A DNA stretch of 42,132 bases. Source: Betaproteobacteria bacterium (GTDB lineage Bacteria; Pseudomonadota; Gammaproteobacteria; Burkholderiales; SG8-39). Shown one piece after another: positions 28,606 through 37,380 of the stretch. Under the pieces are notes generated by a model. That model had not been told where the DNA came from and made no database searches. It saw only the letters and a program-made list of their open reading frames with translations. A program made the translations under genes and the position numbers. The stretch spans positions 1 to 42,132 of the forward strand of contig JBDTRO010000174.1 in NCBI GenBank assembly GCA_039931635.1, given 5' to 3'. How positions within the stretch are numbered: position 1 is the stretch's first letter; each line of letters begins with the position of its first letter.

Positions 28606-29379
28606 ATGGTTGCCCCCGACATGTTGGCTCCCGCGACCGTCGCCGCTTTCCGCGCCGAGGGGCTCGTCAAGCGCTTTGGCGCACGCCGGGCCCTCGACGG
28701 CGTCAGCATCAGCGTTGCCCCCGGCGCCGCCATGGGCCTGGTCGGCGCCAATGGCGCAGGCAAGACAACCTTCATCAAATGCGCCCTCGACCTGTGCGCT
28801 GCCGACGCCGGCCGCGTCGCGATCTTCGGCCTCGACAGCCGCCAGGCTGCGGCGCGCGCCAGACTTGCCTACGTTCCCGAACGCTTCGTGCCGCCTTACT
28901 ACCTGCTTGGCCGGGAGTTTCTTGCGATGACGCTGGAACTCGCAGGCACCCGGCTTAACCACGCGCGCGCGGTGGCGCTCGCCGCCGAACTCGAGCTCGA
29001 TCCCCAGGCGCTGGAGCGGCCGGTGCGGCAGCTATCCAAGGGCATGACGCAGAAGCTCGGCCTTGCCGCCTGCTTTCTCCTCGAACGGGATCTCTACGTG
29101 CTGGACGAACCGATGAGCGGGCTGGATCCGGCCGGAAGGGTGGCCGTGAAATCGGTGCTGGCCCGGCTCAATCGCGGCGGCAGCGCGCTGCTCTTCACGT
29201 CACACGTGCTCTCCGATGTCGACGAACTTTGTTCGACGATCAGCGTGCTCGATCGCGGCGCACTGCGCTTTCACGGTGCGCCGGCGGAGTTATGCCGGCT
29301 TCATGGCGAAGACAACCTGGAGCGTGCTTTCCTGAGATGCGTTAGATCCGATGCCGACACCCCTGCAATCAGCGCCTGA
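28606..29379 (+). CDS. ABC ATPase, PilH-like, no adjacent permease
   Basis: GANGAGKTT, LSKGMTQK signature, LDEPMSGLD, TSH; start at ATG 28606 or 28621. Confidence 0.85.
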   Translation: MVAPDMLAPATVAAFRAEGLVKRFGARRALDGVSISVAPGAAMGLVGANGAGKTTFIKCALDLCAADAGRVAIFGLDSRQAAARARLAYVPERFVPPYYLLGREFLAMTLELAGTRLNHARAVALAAELELDPQALERPVRQLSKGMTQKLGLAACFLLERDLYVLDEPMSGLDPAGRVAVKSVLARLNRGGSALLFTSHVLSDVDELCSTISVLDRGALRFHGAPAELCRLHGEDNLERAFLRCVRSDADTPAISA

Positions 29380-30784
29380 AGGGCGGCCCCGGCTCCTCAT
29401 CGTCGACGACGATGTCCTGATCGTGGACACGCTGTCGTTCGCGCTCGGCGCCGAGTTCGAGGTGCTGGCCTGCGAATCGCGGCCCCACGCGATCGAGCTG
29501 CTGCGCCAACTGCCCGAGGCGCCCCAGCTCGCACTGGTGGATTTAGGCCTGCCCCCCACGCCGCACACGCCGGACGAGGGTTTCCAGTTGATTGCGGATC
29601 TGCTCGCGCATTCGCCCGGGATGCGCATCTTCGTGCTCTCCGGCCAGAACGATGCGGCGCACGCGCGCCATGCACGGGCGCTGGGAGCGGCAGAATTCAT
29701 CGCCAAGCCCTGCGATCCGGCCGTTCTCAAGAAGATCCTTGCGCGCGCGCTCGCGGTGCGCGACGCCGAATTGACCCATGCCCGCGGCGCGGAGGAACTG
29801 ATCGGGCAAAGCCCGGCGCTGATGAAGCTGAAAAGCCAGCTCGCGCAGTTCGCCGGATCTCCGTTCCCCGTATTGATCGAGGGGGAGTCCGGCAGCGGCA
29901 AGGAACTTGTCGCGCGCAGCCTGCACCGCCTTTCGGCGCGCGCGGACAAACCCTACTATGCGCTCAACTGCGCCGCAATCGCCCCGACCCTGGTCGAACC
30001 GACCCTGTTCGGCTACGCCAAGGGGGCCTTCACCGGCGCCGCCACCAACAGAACGGGCTATTTCGAGGACGCGCGCGACGGCACCCTGTTCCTGGACGAA
30101 ATCGGTGAGCTGCCCCTCGAGATGCAGGCAAAACTGCTGCGGGTGCTTGAGAATGGCGAATACCAGCGTGTCGGCGAGACCAGTAGCCACGTGTCGCGCG
30201 CCCGGGTGATCGCCGCCAGCAACCGCGACCTGCGCCAGGAAGTCCGCAATGGCGCCTTCCGCCCCGACCTCTACCACCGCCTTTCGGTATTCACGCTCGG
30301 CGTGCCGCCGCTGCGGGACATGGAAGCGGATAAGCTGCTGCTGCTCGAGCATTTCCGGCGCTTCTACGCCGAGCAGGCCGCGGTGCAGCCGTTTTCGCTG
30401 GATGAGGGAGCGGAACGGCGCTGGCTTGCCTACCTTTTTCCCGGCAATGTGCGCGAGCTGCGCAACATCGTCATCCGGCTGACCACCAAGCACGCCGGCC
30501 GCAGGCTGCCCGCCGCCGATCTCGAGCCGGAATTCGACCTCGCCTCCGATACGCAGGCACCGGCGTCGGCCGCCGACGGCGACGTGCTCGAGCAGGCGCT
30601 GCGTCACCTGGAGCGCAGCCGCGGTATCAGCCTGGACGAGATGCTGCGATCGCTTGAGCGCGGCTACATCGAAGCCGCGCTCAAGCTCACGCGCGGCAAT
30701 GTCAGCCAGGCCGCCAAGCTGCTGGGGGTAAACCGCACCACGCTCTACAGCCGGATGAACAATCCGGAAGAAAAGGAAAAATAG
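29351..30784 (+). CDS. Sigma-54-dependent response regulator (REC-AAA+-HTH), PrsR/NtrC-like
   Basis: REC (LIVDDD, VDLGLPP, FIAKP), GESGSGKE, GAFTGA, LFLDEIGE, FPGNVREL, HTH (AAKLLGVNRTTLYSR). Confidence 0.92.
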   Translation: MPTPLQSAPEGRPRLLIVDDDVLIVDTLSFALGAEFEVLACESRPHAIELLRQLPEAPQLALVDLGLPPTPHTPDEGFQLIADLLAHSPGMRIFVLSGQNDAAHARHARALGAAEFIAKPCDPAVLKKILARALAVRDAELTHARGAEELIGQSPALMKLKSQLAQFAGSPFPVLIEGESGSGKELVARSLHRLSARADKPYYALNCAAIAPTLVEPTLFGYAKGAFTGAATNRTGYFEDARDGTLFLDEIGELPLEMQAKLLRVLENGEYQRVGETSSHVSRARVIAASNRDLRQEVRNGAFRPDLYHRLSVFTLGVPPLRDMEADKLLLLEHFRRFYAEQAAVQPFSLDEGAERRWLAYLFPGNVRELRNIVIRLTTKHAGRRLPAADLEPEFDLASDTQAPASAADGDVLEQALRHLERSRGISLDEMLRSLERGYIEAALKLTRGNVSQAAKLLGVNRTTLYSRMNNPEEKEK

Positions 30785-30787
30785 CCG

Positions 30788-32248
30788 GTGGCACTTTACC
30801 TTGAGCACTTCGGCCTGAACGAGCCGCCGTTCCGCATCACGCCGCATCCGGATTTCTTTTTCGACGGCGCGGACCGCGGCGCCACGCTCGACGGCCTGCT
30901 GTATGCCATCCTGCACGATGAGGGCATCGTCAAGGTAAGCGGCGAGATCGGCAGCGGCAAGACGACGCTGTGCCGCGTGCTGATGGAGCGCCTGCCGCCA
31001 GAAGTGGAGACAGTATTCCTCGCCAATCCTTCCTATTCGCGCTCCGAGATCCTGCATGCGATCGCCGAGGAACTGGGACGGCCGGCCTCCGCAAGTCCCG
31101 AGGTATCTGCGCTGCGGGACCTGCAGACCAAGCTGATCGAGATCTACGCGAGCGGCCGGCGGGTCGTGGTGATGGTCGACGAAGCGCATGCAATGCCCGA
31201 GGACACCCTGGAGCAGTTACGCCTGCTGTCGAACCTGGAATCAAGCCGCCACAAGTTGCTGCAGATCGTCCTGTTCGGCCAGCCCGAACTGGACTTGGCG
31301 CTCGACAAATCCTCGATGCGCCCGCTCAAGGACCGCATCACGCACAATTTCCGCACCCGGCCGCTGAATGTGACCGAGGCCGGGAGCTATGTCGCGTTCC
31401 GCATGCGCGCGGCGGGCTACAAGGGCCGGGACGTCTTCACGCCGGCGGCAATCTCGGCCATCGCGCGCGCGTCCAGCGGACTGACCCGGCGCATCAACGT
31501 CCTGTGCGACAAATCGCTGCTGGCGGCGTTCGCGGCCAACACGCACGCGGTTACGCCGCGTCAGGTCCGGGCCGCGATCGCCGACTCGGATTTCGGCCCG
31601 GTGCTGGGGAGCAAGCGAAAAAACCCGCGGGCTCTGGCGGCGGCAGCCCTGCTGGCCGTGGGCGGCCTTGCCGGGGCGAGTGTCTTCTACTGGCTAGACC
31701 GCGGCAGGGACCTTCCGGTGGTCTCCACTCCCGTCGCATCGGTGCCGGCAGAAGCGCCGGCCGCCCCGCCGACGCCACCGCTGGCGGAGGCCAAGGCGCC
31801 AGTCCCGGAAGCGGCGGTGCCCGCGCGGGCATCCCTGGTGCAAATGCCCGAGAAACCACCCGCGCCTACCTTTTCCCCGGAGCAGCTGCGCCGGCTCGAG
31901 GCCTACAGCGCCGGCCGCAACCCGCTGCTGCGTGAGCGGATCGCCGCCGCGCGCGAAAAGCTCCAGAGCGAGCCAGACACGAGCTACAGCGTTGAACTTT
32001 TCATCGCCGAGAATAGCGACGCCGCACGCGCCGAACGTTTTCTCGTGCGCGCTCGTGAGCTGGTACCGCTGACGGAGATGTACGTCATTCCGGTTGCCAC
32101 GGGATCGCGTTACTTCCTGCGGGTTTCATACGGCGCTTACGCTGACAAAGAGGCGGCAGCCGAAGCCGCCAAGCGGCTGCCGCCCAAGTACCAGAGGGCG
32201 TTTCAATTCGAGCTGCGCAGTTTCGCTGAACTCCGAGCCGCCATCTGA
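30788..32248 (+). CDS. ExeA/GspA/MshM-family AAA ATPase with TM helix, Pro-rich linker and SPOR-like C-terminus
   Basis: YLEHFGLNEPPF, GEIGSGKTT, VDEAH, LEQLRLLSN, VLFGQPEL, RRINVLCD; C-terminal LRVSYGAYADKEAAAEAAKRLP. Confidence 0.88.
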   Translation: MALYLEHFGLNEPPFRITPHPDFFFDGADRGATLDGLLYAILHDEGIVKVSGEIGSGKTTLCRVLMERLPPEVETVFLANPSYSRSEILHAIAEELGRPASASPEVSALRDLQTKLIEIYASGRRVVVMVDEAHAMPEDTLEQLRLLSNLESSRHKLLQIVLFGQPELDLALDKSSMRPLKDRITHNFRTRPLNVTEAGSYVAFRMRAAGYKGRDVFTPAAISAIARASSGLTRRINVLCDKSLLAAFAANTHAVTPRQVRAAIADSDFGPVLGSKRKNPRALAAAALLAVGGLAGASVFYWLDRGRDLPVVSTPVASVPAEAPAAPPTPPLAEAKAPVPEAAVPARASLVQMPEKPPAPTFSPEQLRRLEAYSAGRNPLLRERIAAAREKLQSEPDTSYSVELFIAENSDAARAERFLVRARELVPLTEMYVIPVATGSRYFLRVSYGAYADKEAAAEAAKRLPPKYQRAFQFELRSFAELRAAI

Positions 32249-32339
32249 AGCTCCTCCCGGACACTCCCGGAAGTCAGAAAACGTCATGGCGACAAATGCT
32301 TAGAAGACATTCCTCAGGAAGTCATGCTATGCTGGCCTG

Positions 32340-34121
32340 ATGGGAGAAAGTTCGCGCGCGGCTAGCGTGGCCAGGGTGCTTGTCGCAGCTACCTTGGTGG
32401 CCGCGCTCGCTGGCTGCGGCCAGGCCCCGCTCAAGCCTTCGCCGGTTCATGTCCGGGCAGACGAACCGCGGCCGGAAGGCTCGATCCCCGCTCCCGTCCA
32501 GGTCGCGCCCGCGCTGCCGCCGCCATCGCCCACGGCCCGGCCGGAAACCTACAGCGTCGTTGTCAATAACGTGCGCGTGCAGGATCTGCTATTCGCCCTG
32601 GCGCGCGATGCGAAGCTGAATGTCGACATCCATCCGGGCGTCACCGGTTCGGTCACGCTGAACGCCATCGACCAGACCTTGCCCCAATTGCTCGGCAGGA
32701 TCTCGAAGCAGGTCGATATGCGTTACGAGATGGACGGTCAGACGCTGTCGGTAATGCGCGACACGCCGTATCTGCGCGTCTACCGCATCGACTACGTGAA
32801 CCTTGCGCGCGACGCCACCAGCCAGGCAAATCTGTCCACCAACGTGAGCGGCGCCGCAGCCACCCCCGGAGGCGGCAGCAGCAGCGGCAGCCAGAATAAT
32901 TCCACGTCTGTCATCAAGACGACGTCAGTCAACAAATTCTGGGAAACCCTGGTCGCCAACCTCAAGGATCTGCTGCGCGAAACCGACAAGATCGTCCCCG
33001 TAAATGCGCCGGTCGCGAGTGCTGCCGCGCCGGCCACACCCGCAGCGCCTCTCGCGCCGGGCGCACCGCCGGCGGCGCCCGTCGCGCCGGCGGCGCAGCC
33101 AGCCGTCGAATTCCGTGAAGCCGCCTCGGTCATTTCGAATCCGGAATCGGGCGTCCTCAGCATCCGCGCCACCTCGCGCCAGCACGAAAAGGTGCAGGAG
33201 TTTCTCGACCAGGTCATGAGCAGCGCCAGGCGCCAGGTGCTAATCGAGGCCACGATCGCCGAGGTGCAGCTGAACAACCAGTACCAGCGCGGCATCGACT
33301 GGACACGCCTGCGCAGCGTCGCCGGTTTCGGTTTCGCGCAGGCCTCTGGCACCACGCCCGCGGGCATCAATACGGGCGCCTTCACGCTCGGCTTCTCGAC
33401 CGGGCCCGGTCTGGGCATCAGCGGCACGCTCAAGCTGCTCGAGTCGTTCGGCGACGTGCGAGTGCTCTCGAGCCCGAAGCTGAGCGTGCTGAACAACCAG
33501 ACCGCCGTGCTCAAGGTGGTGGACAATCTGGTTTACTTCACCGTTGCTGCGACGACCATTCCCGGCACCAACGGCAGCGCGACGATAACCACGTTTTCGA
33601 CCACCGTGAACTCGGTGCCGGTCGGCTTCATCATGAGCGTGGTGCCGCAGATCAGCGAAGGCGATACGGTGACCTTCAACGTCCGGCCGACTATTTCGCG
33701 CAAGCTGAGGGACATCGTTGACCCGAATCCCTCGCTCGCCAATCCCTGCGGCATCCCGGTGCCGGTCGGCGGATGCAACATTCCCGGCATCTCTAGCCTG
33801 ATTCCCGAGATCCAGACGCGCGAGATGGAGTCGGTGATGCGCGTGCAGAGCGGTCAGACCGCCGTGCTGGGCGGCCTGATTCAGGACTCGGTGACCAACG
33901 TTGAGGACACGATACCGGGTGTGCGCACCATTCCCGGGGTCGGCCAGTTGCTCGCGCAGCGCAAGGACGTGAATCAGAAAACGGAACTCGTCATATTTCT
34001 GCGCGCGGTCGTAATTCGCGATTCGAGCATGGATGGCGATTACTCGCGCATGCGCGACCTGCTTCCCGGAAGCGACTTCTTCCTGAAGCCCAATCCGAGC
34101 CGGCAACCGCCCGCGCAGTGA
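32340..34121 (+). CDS. Lipoprotein secretin, MshL-like
   Basis: Lipobox LAGC; STN-like LLFALARDAKLNVDIHPGV; RQVLIEATIAEV, VLSSPKL, VLGGLI, TELVIFL. Confidence 0.9.
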   Translation: MGESSRAASVARVLVAATLVAALAGCGQAPLKPSPVHVRADEPRPEGSIPAPVQVAPALPPPSPTARPETYSVVVNNVRVQDLLFALARDAKLNVDIHPGVTGSVTLNAIDQTLPQLLGRISKQVDMRYEMDGQTLSVMRDTPYLRVYRIDYVNLARDATSQANLSTNVSGAAATPGGGSSSGSQNNSTSVIKTTSVNKFWETLVANLKDLLRETDKIVPVNAPVASAAAPATPAAPLAPGAPPAAPVAPAAQPAVEFREAASVISNPESGVLSIRATSRQHEKVQEFLDQVMSSARRQVLIEATIAEVQLNNQYQRGIDWTRLRSVAGFGFAQASGTTPAGINTGAFTLGFSTGPGLGISGTLKLLESFGDVRVLSSPKLSVLNNQTAVLKVVDNLVYFTVAATTIPGTNGSATITTFSTTVNSVPVGFIMSVVPQISEGDTVTFNVRPTISRKLRDIVDPNPSLANPCGIPVPVGGCNIPGISSLIPEIQTREMESVMRVQSGQTAVLGGLIQDSVTNVEDTIPGVRTIPGVGQLLAQRKDVNQKTELVIFLRAVVIRDSSMDGDYSRMRDLLPGSDFFLKPNPSRQPPAQ

Positions 34122-34122
34122 T

Positions 34123-35550
34123 ATGAGCCTGCTGCTCGAGGCCCTGAAAAAGGCGGAAAAAGCCAAAGAGGACGCACAGCGTCGCGCCCGCGGTGGCGAT
34201 GCGGGCAGCGAGCCTCCCGCGTCGGCGTTCGACGTGGACGCGACCGTCGCCACAGACGGCAAGCACGTCATGAGGCGCGACGAATTGCCGGACATTTCAG
34301 CGCCGCTGGAAATTCTCAGCGACGACCTGCGGCCGGCAGCGCGTGCCAGACCCGCGGCGCCGCTGGAACTTGCGCTCACCGACACATCCTCTCCCGCGCC
34401 GTCGTCCGAACGAAGCGCGGCTCCGCGGCGCGCGACGCCGCGTGCCGGTTCCGGCACCCAGGCCGCCGACCCGGCGAGGTCCGAAAGGGCGGCCGCGCAA
34501 AAGGTGTTCGAGGCAAAATTCCGAGAACCCAACCCGCGCCTGCCCTTCTACATCGCGATGGGCACGCTTGGCGCGTTCGCGGTGGGGACAGTGGCCTATT
34601 TCTGGATCCAGCTGCGCCCCACAGCGCCGCTGGTAAATACCAATCCGGCCCGTTCGGCAAGCGAAAAACCGGTTGAGAGCGGTGCGGAAAAGTCTGCCGC
34701 CGCTACGCCGGCAGCGACGGCAAGCACGGGGCTGGCCGCCATTCCCGGCCTGCCCGGCAGCGCACCTCCGCCGCCGCCCGCTGCGGCGGCAGTTCCGGCA
34801 GGGTCCGCTGTGCCTGCGATGCCTGCGATCGCGACGCCGGCCCCCGCGGTTGCGGCGGCACCGGTCGCGGCGGCAACGCCGATTCGCGCAAAGCCGGCAG
34901 CGATCAGCGCCGGCGCCACGCGCAGCAGGTCCGCCGCAAAGGGCGACGAGAGCGCGTTAAGCGTGAACCGTGGCCGGCCGCAGATTCACCCTCAGGTGAG
35001 CGCGGGATACACCGCCTATCAGGAGGGCGACATGGCAAGAGCACGCGCTGCATACCTGCAGGTGCTGCGCGAGGAGCCGGCCAACCGGGACGCCATGCTG
35101 GGTCTCGCCGCGGTCGAGATGCGGGAGCAGCGCTACGATCTGTCGGATGCGTACTACCAGCGCATCCTGCGCGCGGATCCGCGCGATCCTCACGCGCAGG
35201 CGGGGCTGCTTGCGCTACGCAGCCAGCAGCTGGACCCGGTACTCGTCGAGAGCCGCGTCAAATCCCTGCTCGCTTCCGACCGCGAAGCGAACGTGCTGTA
35301 TTTCACGCTCGGCAACCAGTACGCGCAGCAGGCACGTTGGGCCGAAGCGCAGCAGGCCTATTTCAAGGCCTTCGCCACCGATCCCGACAACGCGGATTAC
35401 GCCTTCAACCTGGCGGTAAGCCTGGACCAGCTGCGCCAGCCGAAGCTGGCGCTGGAGTATTACCGACGCGCGCTGGCGCTGGCCGAAAAGCGCAGCGCCA
35501 ATTTCGCCCTGGAAGTCGCGCGCCTGCGCGTGCAGCAACTCTCCCGCTGA
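34123..35550 (+). CDS. Membrane-anchored TPR protein (MshN-like, ExeB/GspB-like N-terminus)
   Basis: MSLLLEALKKAE start, central TM (FYIAMGTLGAFAVGTVAYFWI), Pro/Ala linker, TPR-like repeats (YFTLGNQY..WAEAQQAYFKA; YAFNLAVSLD). Confidence 0.8.
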   Translation: MSLLLEALKKAEKAKEDAQRRARGGDAGSEPPASAFDVDATVATDGKHVMRRDELPDISAPLEILSDDLRPAARARPAAPLELALTDTSSPAPSSERSAAPRRATPRAGSGTQAADPARSERAAAQKVFEAKFREPNPRLPFYIAMGTLGAFAVGTVAYFWIQLRPTAPLVNTNPARSASEKPVESGAEKSAAATPAATASTGLAAIPGLPGSAPPPPPAAAAVPAGSAVPAMPAIATPAPAVAAAPVAAATPIRAKPAAISAGATRSRSAAKGDESALSVNRGRPQIHPQVSAGYTAYQEGDMARARAAYLQVLREEPANRDAMLGLAAVEMREQRYDLSDAYYQRILRADPRDPHAQAGLLALRSQQLDPVLVESRVKSLLASDREANVLYFTLGNQYAQQARWAEAQQAYFKAFATDPDNADYAFNLAVSLDQLRQPKLALEYYRRALALAEKRSANFALEVARLRVQQLSR

Positions 35551-35621
35551 CACTTTTTTGCAGTGCGGCAACCGAGTGTAACGAGCCTGCCCGTTGGCGC
35601 GCCGGGTATCATTGAGGCTCG

Positions 35622-37331
35622 ATGAATTCGCCCACGAATCCCCAGGCCAAGCGGCACATCGGACAGATCCTGATCGACCAGGGGATCCTCACCGAAGACC
35701 AACTCAGGATCGCCCTGCTCGAGCAGATGAAGTCGCACCTGCCGGTCGGACGCCTGCTGGTGCAGCTCGGGTTCGTGTCGGAAGCAACGCTGCGCGACGC
35801 GCTGTCCGAAAAGCTCGGGCTGCAGTCGGTTGATCTGGTGCACATCATCGTCGACCCCGCGGCGCTGAAGATGCTGCCAAGGGAGCTGGCGCGCCGCTAC
35901 CGCATGTTCCCGGTGGCGCTCGACCGGCAGGGCAAAAAATTCATCGTCGCGCTCGCCGATACCAACAACATTGTCGCGGTCGACCAGCTGCGCGCGCACC
36001 TCAAGGGCGACCTGGAGATCGAACTGCGGCTGGCGGGCGACTCGGAGATCGAGCGCGCGATCGAGCACTATTACGGTCACGAGTTTTCGATCGACGGAAT
36101 TTTGCGCGAGATCGAGACCGGCGAGGTGGATTACACCTCGATCTCGGAAGGCGACGAGTACAGCCAGCCGGTGGTGCGCCTGATTTCGGCGCTGCTCGCC
36201 GACGCGGTCGACCGCAGCGCATCCGACATCCATTTCGAGCCCGAACAGAACTTCCTGCGCATCCGGTACCGCATCGACGGCGTGTTGCGCCAGATCCGCA
36301 GCCTGCACAAGACCTACTGGCCGGCGATGGCGGTGCGCCTGAAAGTGATGGCGAAAATGAACATCGCCGAAACGCGCGCGCCGCAGGACGGCCGCATCTC
36401 GGCGACGATGGCCGGCCGCGTCGTCGACTTCCGCGTCGCGAGCATGCCCACCACGCACGGCGAGAACGTCGTGCTGCGGATCCTCGACCGGCAGAAGGGC
36501 ATCGTGCCGCTCGATCGGCTCAACATGGAAGAGGCGCAGCTCGACCTGCTCAAGCGCATGATCGCGCGGCCCGAGGGCATCATCATGGTCACCGGCCCCA
36601 CCGGCAGCGGCAAGACGACCACCCTCTACTCGATCCTCAATCACATCAATTCCGACGGCGTCAACATCATGACGCTGGAGGATCCGGTCGAGTACCCGAT
36701 GACGCTGATCCGCCAGACTTCGGTGGCGGAGGCGGCGAAACTGGACTTCGCCAACGGCATCCGCTCGATGATGCGCCAGGACCCGGACGTGATTCTGGTG
36801 GGCGAAGTGCGCGACGAGGAGACCGCTGAAATGGCGTTCCGCGCCGCGATGACCGGCCACCAGGTCTATACGACGCTGCATACGAACTCCGCGGTCGGCG
36901 CGATCCCGCGCCTGCTCGACATCGGCATCGTTCCCGACATCATGGCGGGCAACATCATCGGCATTATTGCGCAGCGCCTGGTGAGAAAGCTGTGCCGAAC
37001 CTGCCGCCAGTCCTACGATCCCGACGTCAAGGAAAGGCGCCTGCTGGGCTTGTCTCCGTCTGAGCCGATGGCGCTGTTTCGCTCGGTGGGCTGCGAGCAG
37101 TGCGACTATCAGGGCTATCGCGGACGCGTCGGCATCATGGAAATCCTGAAGATGGATCCCTCGATCGACGAACTGGTTGCGCGCCGCGCCACCGCGCGCG
37201 AGATCCTCACGGCCGCCCGGGCCAAGGGATTCAAGCCGCTGGCCGAAGACGGTATCCGCCTGGTGCGTGGCGGCGTGACGAGCGTGGACGAACTCATGCG
37301 CGTCGCAGACCTGACCGATCGCATGGCGTAG
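35622..37331 (+). CDS. GspE/PilB/MshE-family assembly ATPase
   Basis: MshEN-like N-terminus, ASDIHFEP, RAPQDGR, GPTGSGKTT, LEDPVE, RQDPDVILVGEVRD, TGH..TLH, two CxxC motifs. Confidence 0.95.
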   Translation: MNSPTNPQAKRHIGQILIDQGILTEDQLRIALLEQMKSHLPVGRLLVQLGFVSEATLRDALSEKLGLQSVDLVHIIVDPAALKMLPRELARRYRMFPVALDRQGKKFIVALADTNNIVAVDQLRAHLKGDLEIELRLAGDSEIERAIEHYYGHEFSIDGILREIETGEVDYTSISEGDEYSQPVVRLISALLADAVDRSASDIHFEPEQNFLRIRYRIDGVLRQIRSLHKTYWPAMAVRLKVMAKMNIAETRAPQDGRISATMAGRVVDFRVASMPTTHGENVVLRILDRQKGIVPLDRLNMEEAQLDLLKRMIARPEGIIMVTGPTGSGKTTTLYSILNHINSDGVNIMTLEDPVEYPMTLIRQTSVAEAAKLDFANGIRSMMRQDPDVILVGEVRDEETAEMAFRAAMTGHQVYTTLHTNSAVGAIPRLLDIGIVPDIMAGNIIGIIAQRLVRKLCRTCRQSYDPDVKERRLLGLSPSEPMALFRSVGCEQCDYQGYRGRVGIMEILKMDPSIDELVARRATAREILTAARAKGFKPLAEDGIRLVRGGVTSVDELMRVADLTDRMA

Positions 37332-37380
37332 CGCGGTACACGGGGCGGCAGCCGCCCCCGCGCTTCTCGCACACCCGTTT

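Noticed and set aside
32287-32300. TGGCGACAAATGCT upstream of the secretin as a sigma-54 promoter
   Set aside because: GG-to-GC spacing is 8 nt, not the required 10. The nearby TGCTATGCT could be an extended -10 but is too weak to call.
32254-32324. Short repeats CTCCCGGA x2, GGAAGTCA x2 and palindrome TTCCTCAGGAA before the secretin
   Set aside because: Too short and irregular to distinguish from chance without comparative data.
35594-35612. TTGGCGCG upstream of the assembly ATPase as a -24 element
   Set aside because: No TGC at the -12 position.
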